NCBI GenBank assembly: GCA_945897885.1
Contig: CAMDGU010000005.1
Span: 9,105-73,104 of the forward strand
Source: Chitinophaga pinensis
GTDB lineage: Bacteria > Bacteroidota > Bacteroidia > NS11-12g > UBA9320
Length of the DNA: 64,000 bases
Reading direction: 5' to 3'
The position numbers were made by a program, and so were the translations under genes. Below are positions 18,116-27,190 of this stretch, piece after piece (position 1 is the first letter of the stretch; every line of letters begins with the position of its first letter). Below the pieces are notes generated by a model that ran no database searches, was not told where the DNA came from, and worked only from the letters and a program-made list of their open reading frames with translations.

Positions 18116-19417
18116 ATGAAAAGCTTTAAATGTGTAATTTGGATAATTTTTATAAGCTCTCATTTTTGCGAAGCGCAGGAATACAAGCATCAGGAAACGG
18201 CTATAAAATTTTTAAAGCATCGTGATTACAGAAAACTTCATAAGCAATTTGATGAAAATCTAAAAAAATCGGTTTCAGTTCATTTTCTTAAAGCTTCTTG
18301 GCAAGGTTTGGAAAAAGAGTTTGGAAAGTATAAATCACACGGGATTACAAACTTAGTTAAAGGTAAAACAGTAGATAAATATGTCACTCTTGTTTGTTTT
18401 AACAAAGGAAGTTTGGTTTTAGAAACATCCTTAGGGGATAAAGGTAAAATAAGTAGTATTTTTTTAAGACCTAAAACCTATACCATTCCTGAATACGGCC
18501 AAAACTTAGTTTATAATAAAGAAAACATCACAATAACTTCAGGAAAGTACAGTTTACCGGGCGAAATTGTTTACCCAAAAGAGCTTTCTAAAAAAGTACC
18601 TCTTGTAATTTTTGTTCATGGTTCGGGTGCCAATAACCGTGAGGAAGGTATTGGTCCTGTTAAGGTTTTTAAAGATATGTATTTAGGTTTATTAACCAAA
18701 GGCATTGCCTGTATGGTTTATGATAAACGCACTTTGGTTTATAAAAAGGAATTTGATACCTCTCAATTTACTCTATGGGATGAAACCATAGAAGATGCCG
18801 CAAATGCTTTTAAACTGGCTAAAACACGTCCCGATGTGGACACCAATCAAATTTACATAATTGGCCACAGTCAAGGTGGTTATGCACTGCCACTTATTTT
18901 AAAAAATTGTAATGGTGTAAAAGGAGGAATTTCATTGGCCGGTTGCTCCCGCCCCATTGATGCGCTAATTGAATACCAATATCATTATTTAACTGAACTG
19001 GATGGAAAAGTAAGTTTGCCTGAAAAAATCTTTCTAAAAAAAGAAATGAAAAAGGTTCAATTTGTGAGAAGTGATAAATTACTTACGGCAAAACCAAAAT
19101 TAAAACTGCTTGGTTATTGGCCAACGGCATTTTGGATAGATGTAAAAAATTACAAACCTGTAGAAGTGTTGAAAACTCTTGATATGCCTGTATTGTTTTT
19201 GCAAGGTGATAGAGATTATCAGGTAACAAATGAAGATTTTAAGCTTTGGAAAACCGGTTATCTTGAAAAAATGAATTGGTCGTTTATTTCCTATCCAAAA
19301 TTAAATCATCTGTTTATTGAAGGGGAAGGAAAACCTAATCCGAGCGAGTATTGGAATGGTGGAAATGTACCGATGTATGTGATTGAAGATATTGCCGAAT
19401 GGGTAAAAGGACTTTAA
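18116..19417 (+). CDS. secreted alpha/beta-hydrolase (S9 / dienelactone hydrolase-like)
   Basis: Signal peptide; nucleophile elbow GHSQGG; VIFVHGSG oxyanion region. Confidence 0.55.
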   Translation: MKSFKCVIWIIFISSHFCEAQEYKHQETAIKFLKHRDYRKLHKQFDENLKKSVSVHFLKASWQGLEKEFGKYKSHGITNLVKGKTVDKYVTLVCFNKGSLVLETSLGDKGKISSIFLRPKTYTIPEYGQNLVYNKENITITSGKYSLPGEIVYPKELSKKVPLVIFVHGSGANNREEGIGPVKVFKDMYLGLLTKGIACMVYDKRTLVYKKEFDTSQFTLWDETIEDAANAFKLAKTRPDVDTNQIYIIGHSQGGYALPLILKNCNGVKGGISLAGCSRPIDALIEYQYHYLTELDGKVSLPEKIFLKKEMKKVQFVRSDKLLTAKPKLKLLGYWPTAFWIDVKNYKPVEVLKTLDMPVLFLQGDRDYQVTNEDFKLWKTGYLEKMNWSFISYPKLNHLFIEGEGKPNPSEYWNGGNVPMYVIEDIAEWVKGL

Positions 19418-19431
19418 TAGTTTATTAAAAA

Positions 19432-20103
19432 CTATTCTAATATTGACAAGGAATTGCCACCAATAATAACATAATCACCCTCAGAATAATTCTTGACAGT
19501 GCCTTCCGAGTCTTTTAAAGAAAAATAAGTAAATATCCCAATGGTATTGTCTTTATGCATTGGTTTATAAATTTCCTTCTTATTTACATTTTTAGGTAAT
19601 GCAACAAGATTAAGATTTGAAATCATATTAATTAAAGTTGGGCAATATTCATTTTTGAGGGTTTTAGATATAAGATCAATGTTTACTGCGGAAGATAAAC
19701 TATCTACAATTCCATTTTTGGCAATACTAAAAATATAAAATTTATTATAGATTGTTTTAGCTACTATTTTCAGGGTATCACCTTTTCTTGTTACTGTTCC
19801 ATTGCAAAGATGGAAATTGATTTCATTTTGATGTTTTCCAGCACATCCTCTTAGTTCAGAAACCTTCAAATTTCCTGCATTATCAAGTATAATAGTGTAT
19901 CTTGACAAATCATAAGCACCTTTTTTAAAACTTCCTGAATAAGTTTCAATATTTAGCTCTGGCCCATCTTTAAAATTAATAATTTCATTTTGCTTGAGTT
20001 CATGATTTTTAAAATAATCCGGCAAAATCTGAAAAGCGAATGAAGATGATACTATTAATAATATAGCTAAACATAGAAGATAGAATGACGATTTCATACT
20101 CAA
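19432..20103 (-). CDS. hypothetical secreted protein
   Basis: Signal peptide; no recognisable motifs; immediately downstream of the giant T9SS protein. Confidence 0.4.
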   Translation of the reverse strand: MSMKSSFYLLCLAILLIVSSSFAFQILPDYFKNHELKQNEIINFKDGPELNIETYSGSFKKGAYDLSRYTIILDNAGNLKVSELRGCAGKHQNEINFHLCNGTVTRKGDTLKIVAKTIYNKFYIFSIAKNGIVDSLSSAVNIDLISKTLKNEYCPTLINMISNLNLVALPKNVNKKEIYKPMHKDNTIGIFTYFSLKDSEGTVKNYSEGDYVIIGGNSLSILE

Positions 20104-20142
20104 TTATTTTGTCAAAGATAATTCTTTAATATTTATAAAAAT

Positions 20143-23100
20143 CTACCTTATTACATGAACGGTTCCGTTCATTCTATATTCTTTATCTCTGAAATCGGTT
20201 AAAATAATGGAATACATGTAAACGTCAACCTGAACCGGTTTTTCTTTATAAAACCCATCCCATGAAACATTATAGTCCTTGGTTTCCCAAATTTGTTCGC
20301 CCCAGCGATTATAGAGCTTCATACTGAATGTTTTTATAGCTCCGGCACTTATTACAAATTTATCGTTTAAGCCATCATTGTTTGGCGAAAAGGCATTTGG
20401 AATATAAATAGTTGGCGAAAAATTGAAGCAAATTTCGTTTGACCAGCTAACTTGATTATTGCCTCCGTTTTCATAACTCAAAATGCGGTAACACTGATTG
20501 TATCCTTCCAATCCGTTTTTATAAAACAGATTTTCAGGCTGGGTAAAAGAATCATAAGGCTGGTAGCCTAAACCATTATCTGATATTTTTCGGTACAAAA
20601 CATATTTTGTAACCCCATTTTTAAAACCTGCATACGATGAAAACTGCATCTTAATGGCGTATGGATCTTCTGTTTTAGCTCCTGTGAGTAAAACATTGGT
20701 GTGTACATCTGTTGTTTTTTCAACCCCACATAAATCCTTCACATTAACTCTATAGTCAAATGAATTAAGGTCAGTGTTTAAAGGTTGCTCATTGTAATTG
20801 GCAAAATTATTAAGTGAAGTAATCGTATTCCATACCAAATCATTTGTGTTTCGTTTTTGTATTTCGTAACTACGTGAATTGACTTTTGAATTAACATTTT
20901 TCCATGTTATTTCCATTCTGTCATCAGGTGTTCCTACAGATACTACCAGCATTTCTATATCTAACTTATCCAATACTATTTCTTTCAAAATAGAATCTCC
21001 AACACAACCATATTCAGAGGTTTCTGTAACTTTTAACCATGCCGGTTCATTCATTGTCCAGTTTATAAAAATACTGTCTGTGCCCAATCCTGATGCTATT
21101 GTTCCGTTACTTACTACCCAATAATAGGTAGATTTATTAAATCCGTTCACAAAATAAAGTCTGTTTGCCAAATCAGGATCGCAAATGGTATTGGGGCCAT
21201 TAAGAATGGCATTGGTAGGTTTAGGATGAACAATAACCACCGAGTCAACTAATGTTCCCCAGCAGCTGTCTTTTGATAGCTCTCTTACTTCCAGTTTAAA
21301 AGTACCGGCAGTATTCCAGGCTATTTTTATTGTTTTGGTTCCTTGCCCTGAGATATTGGAAGAATTGCCGTTTACACTCCAAAAGTATTTGCTACCAACA
21401 AATCCATTTAATGTATAACTTAAGGAATCCGATAACTGACATACCTCAAAATTTCCATCAATGGTTCCTGCATTTGGCGTAGGATTTATTAAAACGTTGA
21501 TGGTTGAAGGAAGACTTGAACAACTTTTATTATTTACATTATCATAAGCAGTGCGGGTTACTGTAACATTACCTAATCCTGATTTTCCCCAATCTACAGC
21601 TACTTTACTTGTATTGCCTGGAGGAACCAAATTTCCGCCTGTTACATTCCAAATATAGTTGGTGCCATTAGCAGCAAAAACGTAGTAAGGAACATCACTT
21701 TCAAATTCACAAACCGACACTTTTCCTTTTGGGGCTTCAGAACCAAGAGTATAGGATTTTGTAACATCGTATTTAATAGGATCGCTAACACATCCAAATC
21801 GGTCGGTTTCGGTAACTGTAATGCTTCCTAATCCGGGATTTCCCCAATTAATAAATAGTTTGGAACTGCCATTCCCCGAAGCAATTGTTCCCCCGCTAAC
21901 GCTCCAATTAAAAGTAGATTTTCCTATTCCATAGGCATTGTATTCTATATTTTGAGCATTGGGGCACACAGACTGTGGCCCCATTATAACAGGCAAAGGT
22001 TTGCGTACATTTACCTTCAATATTCCGGTGTCACTATAGCAACCGCTGGCAACTGTAATAACTTTTATAGTCTGATTTCCGGGAGTGTTCCAATTTATAT
22101 TACAATCTGAGTTGGAATTTGAAATTTTATTACCGGTTTTGACAAACCAGAATGATTGGAACATACTCGTATTAATACTATAAAATTCATTTGAATTAAG
22201 ACAAACCGTATCTTTTCCTGATACAATAGGTGTGGCAGGGCTTGGTTTAATTCCAACCGAAAATTCCTTCCATTCACCCGGGCAGCCGTATTGCGAAATT
22301 TCGCGGCATCTTACTTTACCTGTTCCTGAGCCATTCCATTTCACATTAATTTGGTCAGTAACTTGGCCACTTAAAATTATTCCTTGAACAACCTCCCATT
22401 CTAAGGTTGATTTTTGAGCCAAAAAAGAAGCTTGATAAAAGGTAATCGCTTTCTGACACGGATCAATAACCCCGCTTATAGCCAATTTACTGATAAAAGG
22501 ATTAACCTGAATAGTGAAATTTACAGAATTATATTTGCCAGGGCATCCATCATCTTCAACTGTAACCGCAAAAAGATACGGTTTTGTACTGGCTTGATCG
22601 CACGATGTTTGCCAGCAAAATTCAGAAACAATGCTACCTCCTCCTGTCTTGGCAGATAAGGTTGCTTTTGGCCCTTTCCATCCATTCAGACCAGTAAAAA
22701 TATCACCTGAAGGTGTCAGTTTTAAATTATCATTATCAGCATCGGTAGAAATAACATTAAAACATAATTTACTCCCGGCTTCTATTACAAAATTTTTGCC
22801 TTTATCGCTTGATATTATGGGTTTTCGATTTGGTGCACAAGTAATAAAAATGATTTGTAAATCAAGTCTAACGGTGCTCAATATTACTCCGTTTCTGTAT
22901 TCTGCTACTTCTATTGCCACAATGTAATTCCCGGTGGTATTGGTAAAATATTCTGTCAATCCGTTGAATCTATCAATTTTTGAGTAACCTGAAGGGCCAA
23001 AAGGAAAAGTTTCACTATAGCCTGAATTGTATTGAACGTTTTTTATTGATAGTGTACTGGCAGGATCAAAACCTGTGTTTGTTGCATTTGAGCCAAACGG

Positions 23101-23733
23101 TTTTACAAAATAATAAACCAATGAATCTCCATCCGGATCAAAAGCCGTATTTAAAAAAGCGGTCGTATCATTAGCGCACATAAAAGGAGAAGGAACGCCT
23201 TTTGTAAAAACGGGTGAACTATTTTTAATATTGGTTGGCGGTATTTTACAATAGTAGGTTTGTCCTTGTACCGGGCCATTACTGCCTGTAACTATGTTAT
23301 TTTGATTATTTCGGCAACACACCTCATAGGTAAACTCATATCCAACAGTGGAAGCATCTAACTCTATTATGCCTTCATAAAAACCTTCTTCAATACAAGC
23401 ATTTAAAGTAGCAGGGCAATCGGTTTTACCTGGTGCTTTTACAATTCGTTTTGAAAGAAGTTTTATACTTACAGTGAGAAACTTCGCTTTATTATTGAAA
23501 TTATAAATCCCAATTTTTATGGTTGGTTCAAACGGAACTGTAGTGGATATTCCACCTTGACAATCGCGGTATAATAGTAAACTTACTTTGTATCTGAATT
23601 TTCCGTTAGAACTATTTTGGTTCAATTGCTGGTAACTCATGGAGCCCCCAATAAGGTGAGTGGCTTGCGCCAAAGGAACAAGACTTAATAAAAGAAATAA
23701 TATTGACCAAAATCGTTTCAAGCTTTGTATCAA
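20143..23733 (-). CDS. giant surface protein with T9SS type-B sorting (gliding-motility-associated) C-terminal domain
   Basis: Signal peptide; many Ig/PKD-like repeats (recurring C..G.W..G blocks); C-terminus IYIPNAFSPNNDGLNDKF... is the T9SS type-B (CHU_C) sorting domain. Confidence 0.7.
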   Translation of the reverse strand: MIQSLKRFWSILFLLLSLVPLAQATHLIGGSMSYQQLNQNSSNGKFRYKVSLLLYRDCQGGISTTVPFEPTIKIGIYNFNNKAKFLTVSIKLLSKRIVKAPGKTDCPATLNACIEEGFYEGIIELDASTVGYEFTYEVCCRNNQNNIVTGSNGPVQGQTYYCKIPPTNIKNSSPVFTKGVPSPFMCANDTTAFLNTAFDPDGDSLVYYFVKPFGSNATNTGFDPASTLSIKNVQYNSGYSETFPFGPSGYSKIDRFNGLTEYFTNTTGNYIVAIEVAEYRNGVILSTVRLDLQIIFITCAPNRKPIISSDKGKNFVIEAGSKLCFNVISTDADNDNLKLTPSGDIFTGLNGWKGPKATLSAKTGGGSIVSEFCWQTSCDQASTKPYLFAVTVEDDGCPGKYNSVNFTIQVNPFISKLAISGVIDPCQKAITFYQASFLAQKSTLEWEVVQGIILSGQVTDQINVKWNGSGTGKVRCREISQYGCPGEWKEFSVGIKPSPATPIVSGKDTVCLNSNEFYSINTSMFQSFWFVKTGNKISNSNSDCNINWNTPGNQTIKVITVASGCYSDTGILKVNVRKPLPVIMGPQSVCPNAQNIEYNAYGIGKSTFNWSVSGGTIASGNGSSKLFINWGNPGLGSITVTETDRFGCVSDPIKYDVTKSYTLGSEAPKGKVSVCEFESDVPYYVFAANGTNYIWNVTGGNLVPPGNTSKVAVDWGKSGLGNVTVTRTAYDNVNNKSCSSLPSTINVLINPTPNAGTIDGNFEVCQLSDSLSYTLNGFVGSKYFWSVNGNSSNISGQGTKTIKIAWNTAGTFKLEVRELSKDSCWGTLVDSVVIVHPKPTNAILNGPNTICDPDLANRLYFVNGFNKSTYYWVVSNGTIASGLGTDSIFINWTMNEPAWLKVTETSEYGCVGDSILKEIVLDKLDIEMLVVSVGTPDDRMEITWKNVNSKVNSRSYEIQKRNTNDLVWNTITSLNNFANYNEQPLNTDLNSFDYRVNVKDLCGVEKTTDVHTNVLLTGAKTEDPYAIKMQFSSYAGFKNGVTKYVLYRKISDNGLGYQPYDSFTQPENLFYKNGLEGYNQCYRILSYENGGNNQVSWSNEICFNFSPTIYIPNAFSPNNDGLNDKFVISAGAIKTFSMKLYNRWGEQIWETKDYNVSWDGFYKEKPVQVDVYMYSIILTDFRDKEYRMNGTVHVIR

Positions 23734-23792
23734 ATTTAACGCAAATTTCGCTAAATAGGTTGCTTGTAAATGTTATTTTTTACAAAAGACTG

Positions 23793-24329
23793 TTATTTCT
23801 GTACTAAACTTAGGGCAAAAGCCAAAATATCAGAAAATGTTAAAAATTCCGGGTGACTATTTTTTGAAATAAATACCGGAAGTATTCCGGCACTTTTTGC
23901 AAATTCCATATCACTTTGGCTATCACCAATCATGATAGAATTTGTAAGTTCAATTTCAGGAAAATCATATTTAGCCTTTAATGCCATTCCTGGTTTTGGC
24001 TTTCTGCAAACACAACCTGCATCTTTTAAATGCGGACAATGGTATATCTTATCGGGATGAAGATTAGAAGGTAAAAGGTCTAAAAAATGAGTATGAATTT
24101 CCTCAATGGAATTTATCATCAACCCTTTGCCAATGCCTTGTTGATTGGTTACAACAAAAATTCGTTTAAATAAAGGTCTTAAAATTTTTAAAGCAGGAAT
24201 TACCTCCGGCAACAATTCAAATTCATTTAGTTGCTTAACGTAATCATCTACTCGCAATTTATTTATTACCCCATCGCGGTCTATAAATAAGGCTGAATTT
24301 GGCTTAATTAAAAAGGTTGGGGAATTCAT
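23793..24329 (-). CDS. gmhB: HAD-IIIA phosphatase, D-glycero-D-manno-heptose-1,7-bisphosphate phosphatase-like
   Basis: FIDRDGVIN DxD motif; ~180 aa; start moved to an internal Met to limit overlap with the upstream gene. Confidence 0.7.
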   Translation of the reverse strand: MNSPTFLIKPNSALFIDRDGVINKLRVDDYVKQLNEFELLPEVIPALKILRPLFKRIFVVTNQQGIGKGLMINSIEEIHTHFLDLLPSNLHPDKIYHCPHLKDAGCVCRKPKPGMALKAKYDFPEIELTNSIMIGDSQSDMEFAKSAGILPVFISKNSHPEFLTFSDILAFALSLVQK

Positions 24330-25014
24330 CGTTCGCTTTTTTATAATCTTCGGGTATCCCAATATCTATAAAATAATCATCAGTGAAATAACTCTTCATT
24401 TCTATTTCACCGGTTTTTAGTTCCATAAAATCGGTTTCAAATGAAAACTTTTCCTGTTCTGGAAAATGCTTTAAAATTTCCTTTTTCATTAAGTAAACAC
24501 CTGTATTTATCAATCCTTCTGCTAAATCCGGATTCTTCTCATTAAACTTTTTAATGGTTTCTCCCTCCGTTTCTACCGTTCCATAGCGAGCAGGATTTTT
24601 CATTGGTTTTAAAGCCATTGTAAATAAAGCCTTGTTCTTACTATGAAAGTTTAAAAAATTGGGATGGTCAATTTGCAAAAATGTGTCACCATTTAGCACC
24701 AAACAATTTTCTGTAGATACCAAATCAAATGCCTTTTTAATAGCTCCACCTGTTCCTAATGGATCAGTTTCAATACTGTAAACTATTGGAATATTTTTAA
24801 AGCTTTTTCCAAAATGAGCTTCGATAATCTCATGTTTGTAGCCCGTACTTAGTATTATTTTATTAGGATTAGATTTTGAGAGGTAATTAATCAACCATTC
24901 TAAAAAAGGAATATCGGCCACGGGTGCCATGGGTTTCGGAACATCCTTTACCACACTTTGCAACCGGGTACCAAATCCTCCGGCTAATATTATTACGTCA
25001 GGAAAATTAGCCAT
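24304..25014 (-). CDS. sugar-phosphate nucleotidyltransferase (heptose-1-phosphate guanylyltransferase HddC-like)
   Basis: ILAGGFGTRL nucleotidyltransferase signature; start codon abuts the upstream kinase stop. Confidence 0.75.
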   Translation of the reverse strand: MANFPDVIILAGGFGTRLQSVVKDVPKPMAPVADIPFLEWLINYLSKSNPNKIILSTGYKHEIIEAHFGKSFKNIPIVYSIETDPLGTGGAIKKAFDLVSTENCLVLNGDTFLQIDHPNFLNFHSKNKALFTMALKPMKNPARYGTVETEGETIKKFNEKNPDLAEGLINTGVYLMKKEILKHFPEQEKFSFETDFMELKTGEIEMKSYFTDDYFIDIGIPEDYKKANDEFPNLFN

Positions 25015-26036
25015 TACATGGTATAAGTGTATAATCCACCAGTTGTAAATTCATAGTTTTCTACCCTGCCATTAAAGGCTTTCATGGCTTCAATGACTTT
25101 AAATCTGGTATTTCCCGGGCAATAGAAAAATATAAAACCTCCTCCTCCTGCACCTGATATTTTACCTCCGTTGGCACCTGCATTTAATGCCGCTGCATAA
25201 ATGGCTTCAATTTCAGGATTGCTAATGCCTTTGGCTATTTGTTTTTTATGTTCCCATCCAAAATGCAGTATCTCACCTATTTTATCTAAATGCCCCATCA
25301 GCAAAGCTTCCTTCATCTTGATAGATTGTTCTTTTAAGCGGTGAGTCGCTTCGGTAGCATCAACAGACTTATCCTTTATATTTTTTGATTGTTCGGCAAT
25401 TATATTGCTTGAATTGCGGCTGGTTCCGGTATAAAACAACACCAAATTATTTTGAAGTTCAGTAATGTATTTTCGCTTTATTCTTAATGGGTTTACAATC
25501 ACTTTATCATCTCTGTAAAACTCCATAAAATTAAACCCGCCAAAAGTTGCAGCGTATTGGTCTTGCTTACCACCAGCCATATTCAGCTCAATGCGTTCTA
25601 TTTCAAATGCCAGATGGGCAATATCATATTCGCCCAAAGGCAAATTAAGCCACTCGGCAAAAGCGCCAATAATAGCTACCACAAGGGTAGAACTTGAGCC
25701 TAAGCCCGAACCTGCCGGGGCATCCACATACGTAGTAAGGCGAAATGCCAATGGTTTGTGAGTATACTGTCTTACAATCCTGTTATACACGCCTTTCAGC
25801 AAATCCAGATTGCCATCGGCTTCTAAAGCCGGTGCAGATTTGTAGGTAAGTGTTTCATTTTTATCAATGGAATGCAATTCAATTACCTCATCATCCAATG
25901 GTTCGATAGTAGCATAGGCATATTTGTTTATGGTAGCATTAAGAATGGAACCTCCATAGATATCGGAATACGGGCTTACATCGGTACCACCGCCAGCCAA
26001 ACCAATACGAAGCGGAGCTTTACTTTTAATAATCAT
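25014..26036 (-). CDS. GHMP sugar kinase (D-glycero-D-manno-heptose 7-phosphate kinase HddA-like)
   Basis: GHMP motif PAGSGLGSSS; ~340 aa. Confidence 0.75.
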   Translation of the reverse strand: MIIKSKAPLRIGLAGGGTDVSPYSDIYGGSILNATINKYAYATIEPLDDEVIELHSIDKNETLTYKSAPALEADGNLDLLKGVYNRIVRQYTHKPLAFRLTTYVDAPAGSGLGSSSTLVVAIIGAFAEWLNLPLGEYDIAHLAFEIERIELNMAGGKQDQYAATFGGFNFMEFYRDDKVIVNPLRIKRKYITELQNNLVLFYTGTSRNSSNIIAEQSKNIKDKSVDATEATHRLKEQSIKMKEALLMGHLDKIGEILHFGWEHKKQIAKGISNPEIEAIYAAALNAGANGGKISGAGGGGFIFFYCPGNTRFKVIEAMKAFNGRVENYEFTTGGLYTYTM

Positions 26037-26124
26037 TGTGGGTGCAAAAGTAATTTAGAATTAGGAATTAGGAATTAGGAATTTTAAAAATAGAAGTTAG
26101 ATTCTAGAAATTAGTATTCTCAAA

Positions 26125-26157
26125 CAAAAAAGGTTGATATTTCTATCAACCTTTTTT
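26125..26157 (-). terminator. rho-independent terminator downstream of the tRNA (symmetric, could act on both strands)
   Basis: aaaaaa ggttgata tttc tatcaacc tttttt. Confidence 0.5.
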
Positions 26158-26164
26158 AAGCCAG

Positions 26165-26238
26165 TAGCGGGGAGCAGGATCGAACTGCCGACCTCCGGGT
26201 TATGAATCCGACGCTCTAACCATCTGAGCTACCCCGCC
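26165..26238 (-). tRNA. tRNA-Met (anticodon CAU; elongator type, or a lysidine-modified tRNA-Ile2)
   Basis: Reverse complement folds as a cloverleaf: acceptor ggcgggg/ccccgct, D-arm gctcagatggttagagc, anticodon loop ttCATaa, T-arm ggcagttcgatcctgct; 74 nt. Confidence 0.8.
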
Positions 26239-26318
26239 GTTTTTAAGAGGCTGCAAAATTATAATTTTTTGTCGTATTTCAAAATGGAGAATTATAAAAG
26301 TATTAAATTGATTTAGGA

Positions 26319-27086
26319 CTAATCGTTACGTTTTTTTTTATAAGTTCTTTGAAAGAAAAAATTTATGATTAAAAGAATTAATGCAATAATTCCTGCCACA
26401 GCGGCAAAAGTTAATGCATAAATAAATAATAAAAATCCTGAAAATGATTGAATAAAAACAAATGTAAATGACAATATTAAAAGTGTCAAACATAATATTC
26501 CAAAGAATTTTGTTAAAATAGAAAGAATATTTATAGGTTTTGGCAGATAATCATTAGACAATTTTGATTCATCCGGATTTGGTTCAGGTAATGGTTTCCT
26601 CTTTCTTTTACGAGTTAAAAGTGCAACGATTATAACAATTATTAGTAATCCCAAAAACAAAAAGGGAAAATATTTATTAAGGATATTCTTATTAGATTTC
26701 TTTGTTTCATGAAACTTAAAAACTTTAGGCAAAGAACTTTTTGCTAATGGTATAGATTTTTTTATAAAAGTACAATTTGGATGATTAAAAGCGAATTTAT
26801 CTTTCGATTTTATTTGTTGATAATCCCCAGTATTTCTATCTTCCTGCGCTATCTTTTCAGTTATTTCTTCTGAAATTACAGAATCACTTTTAGCCTCGAC
26901 ACTAGCATCCTTATTATTTTTTGTAGAAAATTGAACTCTCTCTTTTGTTGGGTGTTCATCAGATTTGGCATTAAAAAAACTACGTTGCCTGGGTATATTG
27001 TTATAATGGCTGCATCCTGAAACAATAAAAATTAAAAGGACTGTTGCTACTTTTAGTTTATTTTTCATTGAATTGAGGGTAATCAA
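26319..27086 (-). CDS. hypothetical membrane lipoprotein
   Basis: Lipobox IVSGC; hydrophilic middle; three C-terminal TM helices. Confidence 0.4.
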   Translation of the reverse strand: MITLNSMKNKLKVATVLLIFIVSGCSHYNNIPRQRSFFNAKSDEHPTKERVQFSTKNNKDASVEAKSDSVISEEITEKIAQEDRNTGDYQQIKSKDKFAFNHPNCTFIKKSIPLAKSSLPKVFKFHETKKSNKNILNKYFPFLFLGLLIIVIIVALLTRKRKRKPLPEPNPDESKLSNDYLPKPINILSILTKFFGILCLTLLILSFTFVFIQSFSGFLLFIYALTFAAVAGIIALILLIINFFFQRTYKKKRND

Positions 27087-27130
27087 AATTAAGTTATTTC
27101 ATGTATTACAATAAAATGATTTTGGACATA

Positions 27131-27163
27131 AAAAAAAGAGCCCTTCAATTAATGAAGAGCTCC
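27131..27163 (-). terminator. rho-independent terminator downstream of gcvP
   Basis: On the minus strand: gagctcttca ttaat tgaagggctc followed by tttttttt. Confidence 0.5.
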
Positions 27164-27190
27164 ATTTTTAAGATATTTTCTAAATAATTC

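Noticed and set aside
26165-26238. tRNA-Met as initiator tRNA or as an attachment site of a genomic island
   Set aside because: Pair 1-72 is G-U rather than the C-A mismatch of bacterial initiators. No integrase, direct repeat of the tRNA 3' end or other mobile-element gene was seen in the flanking 10 kb, which holds housekeeping-type sugar-nucleotide genes.
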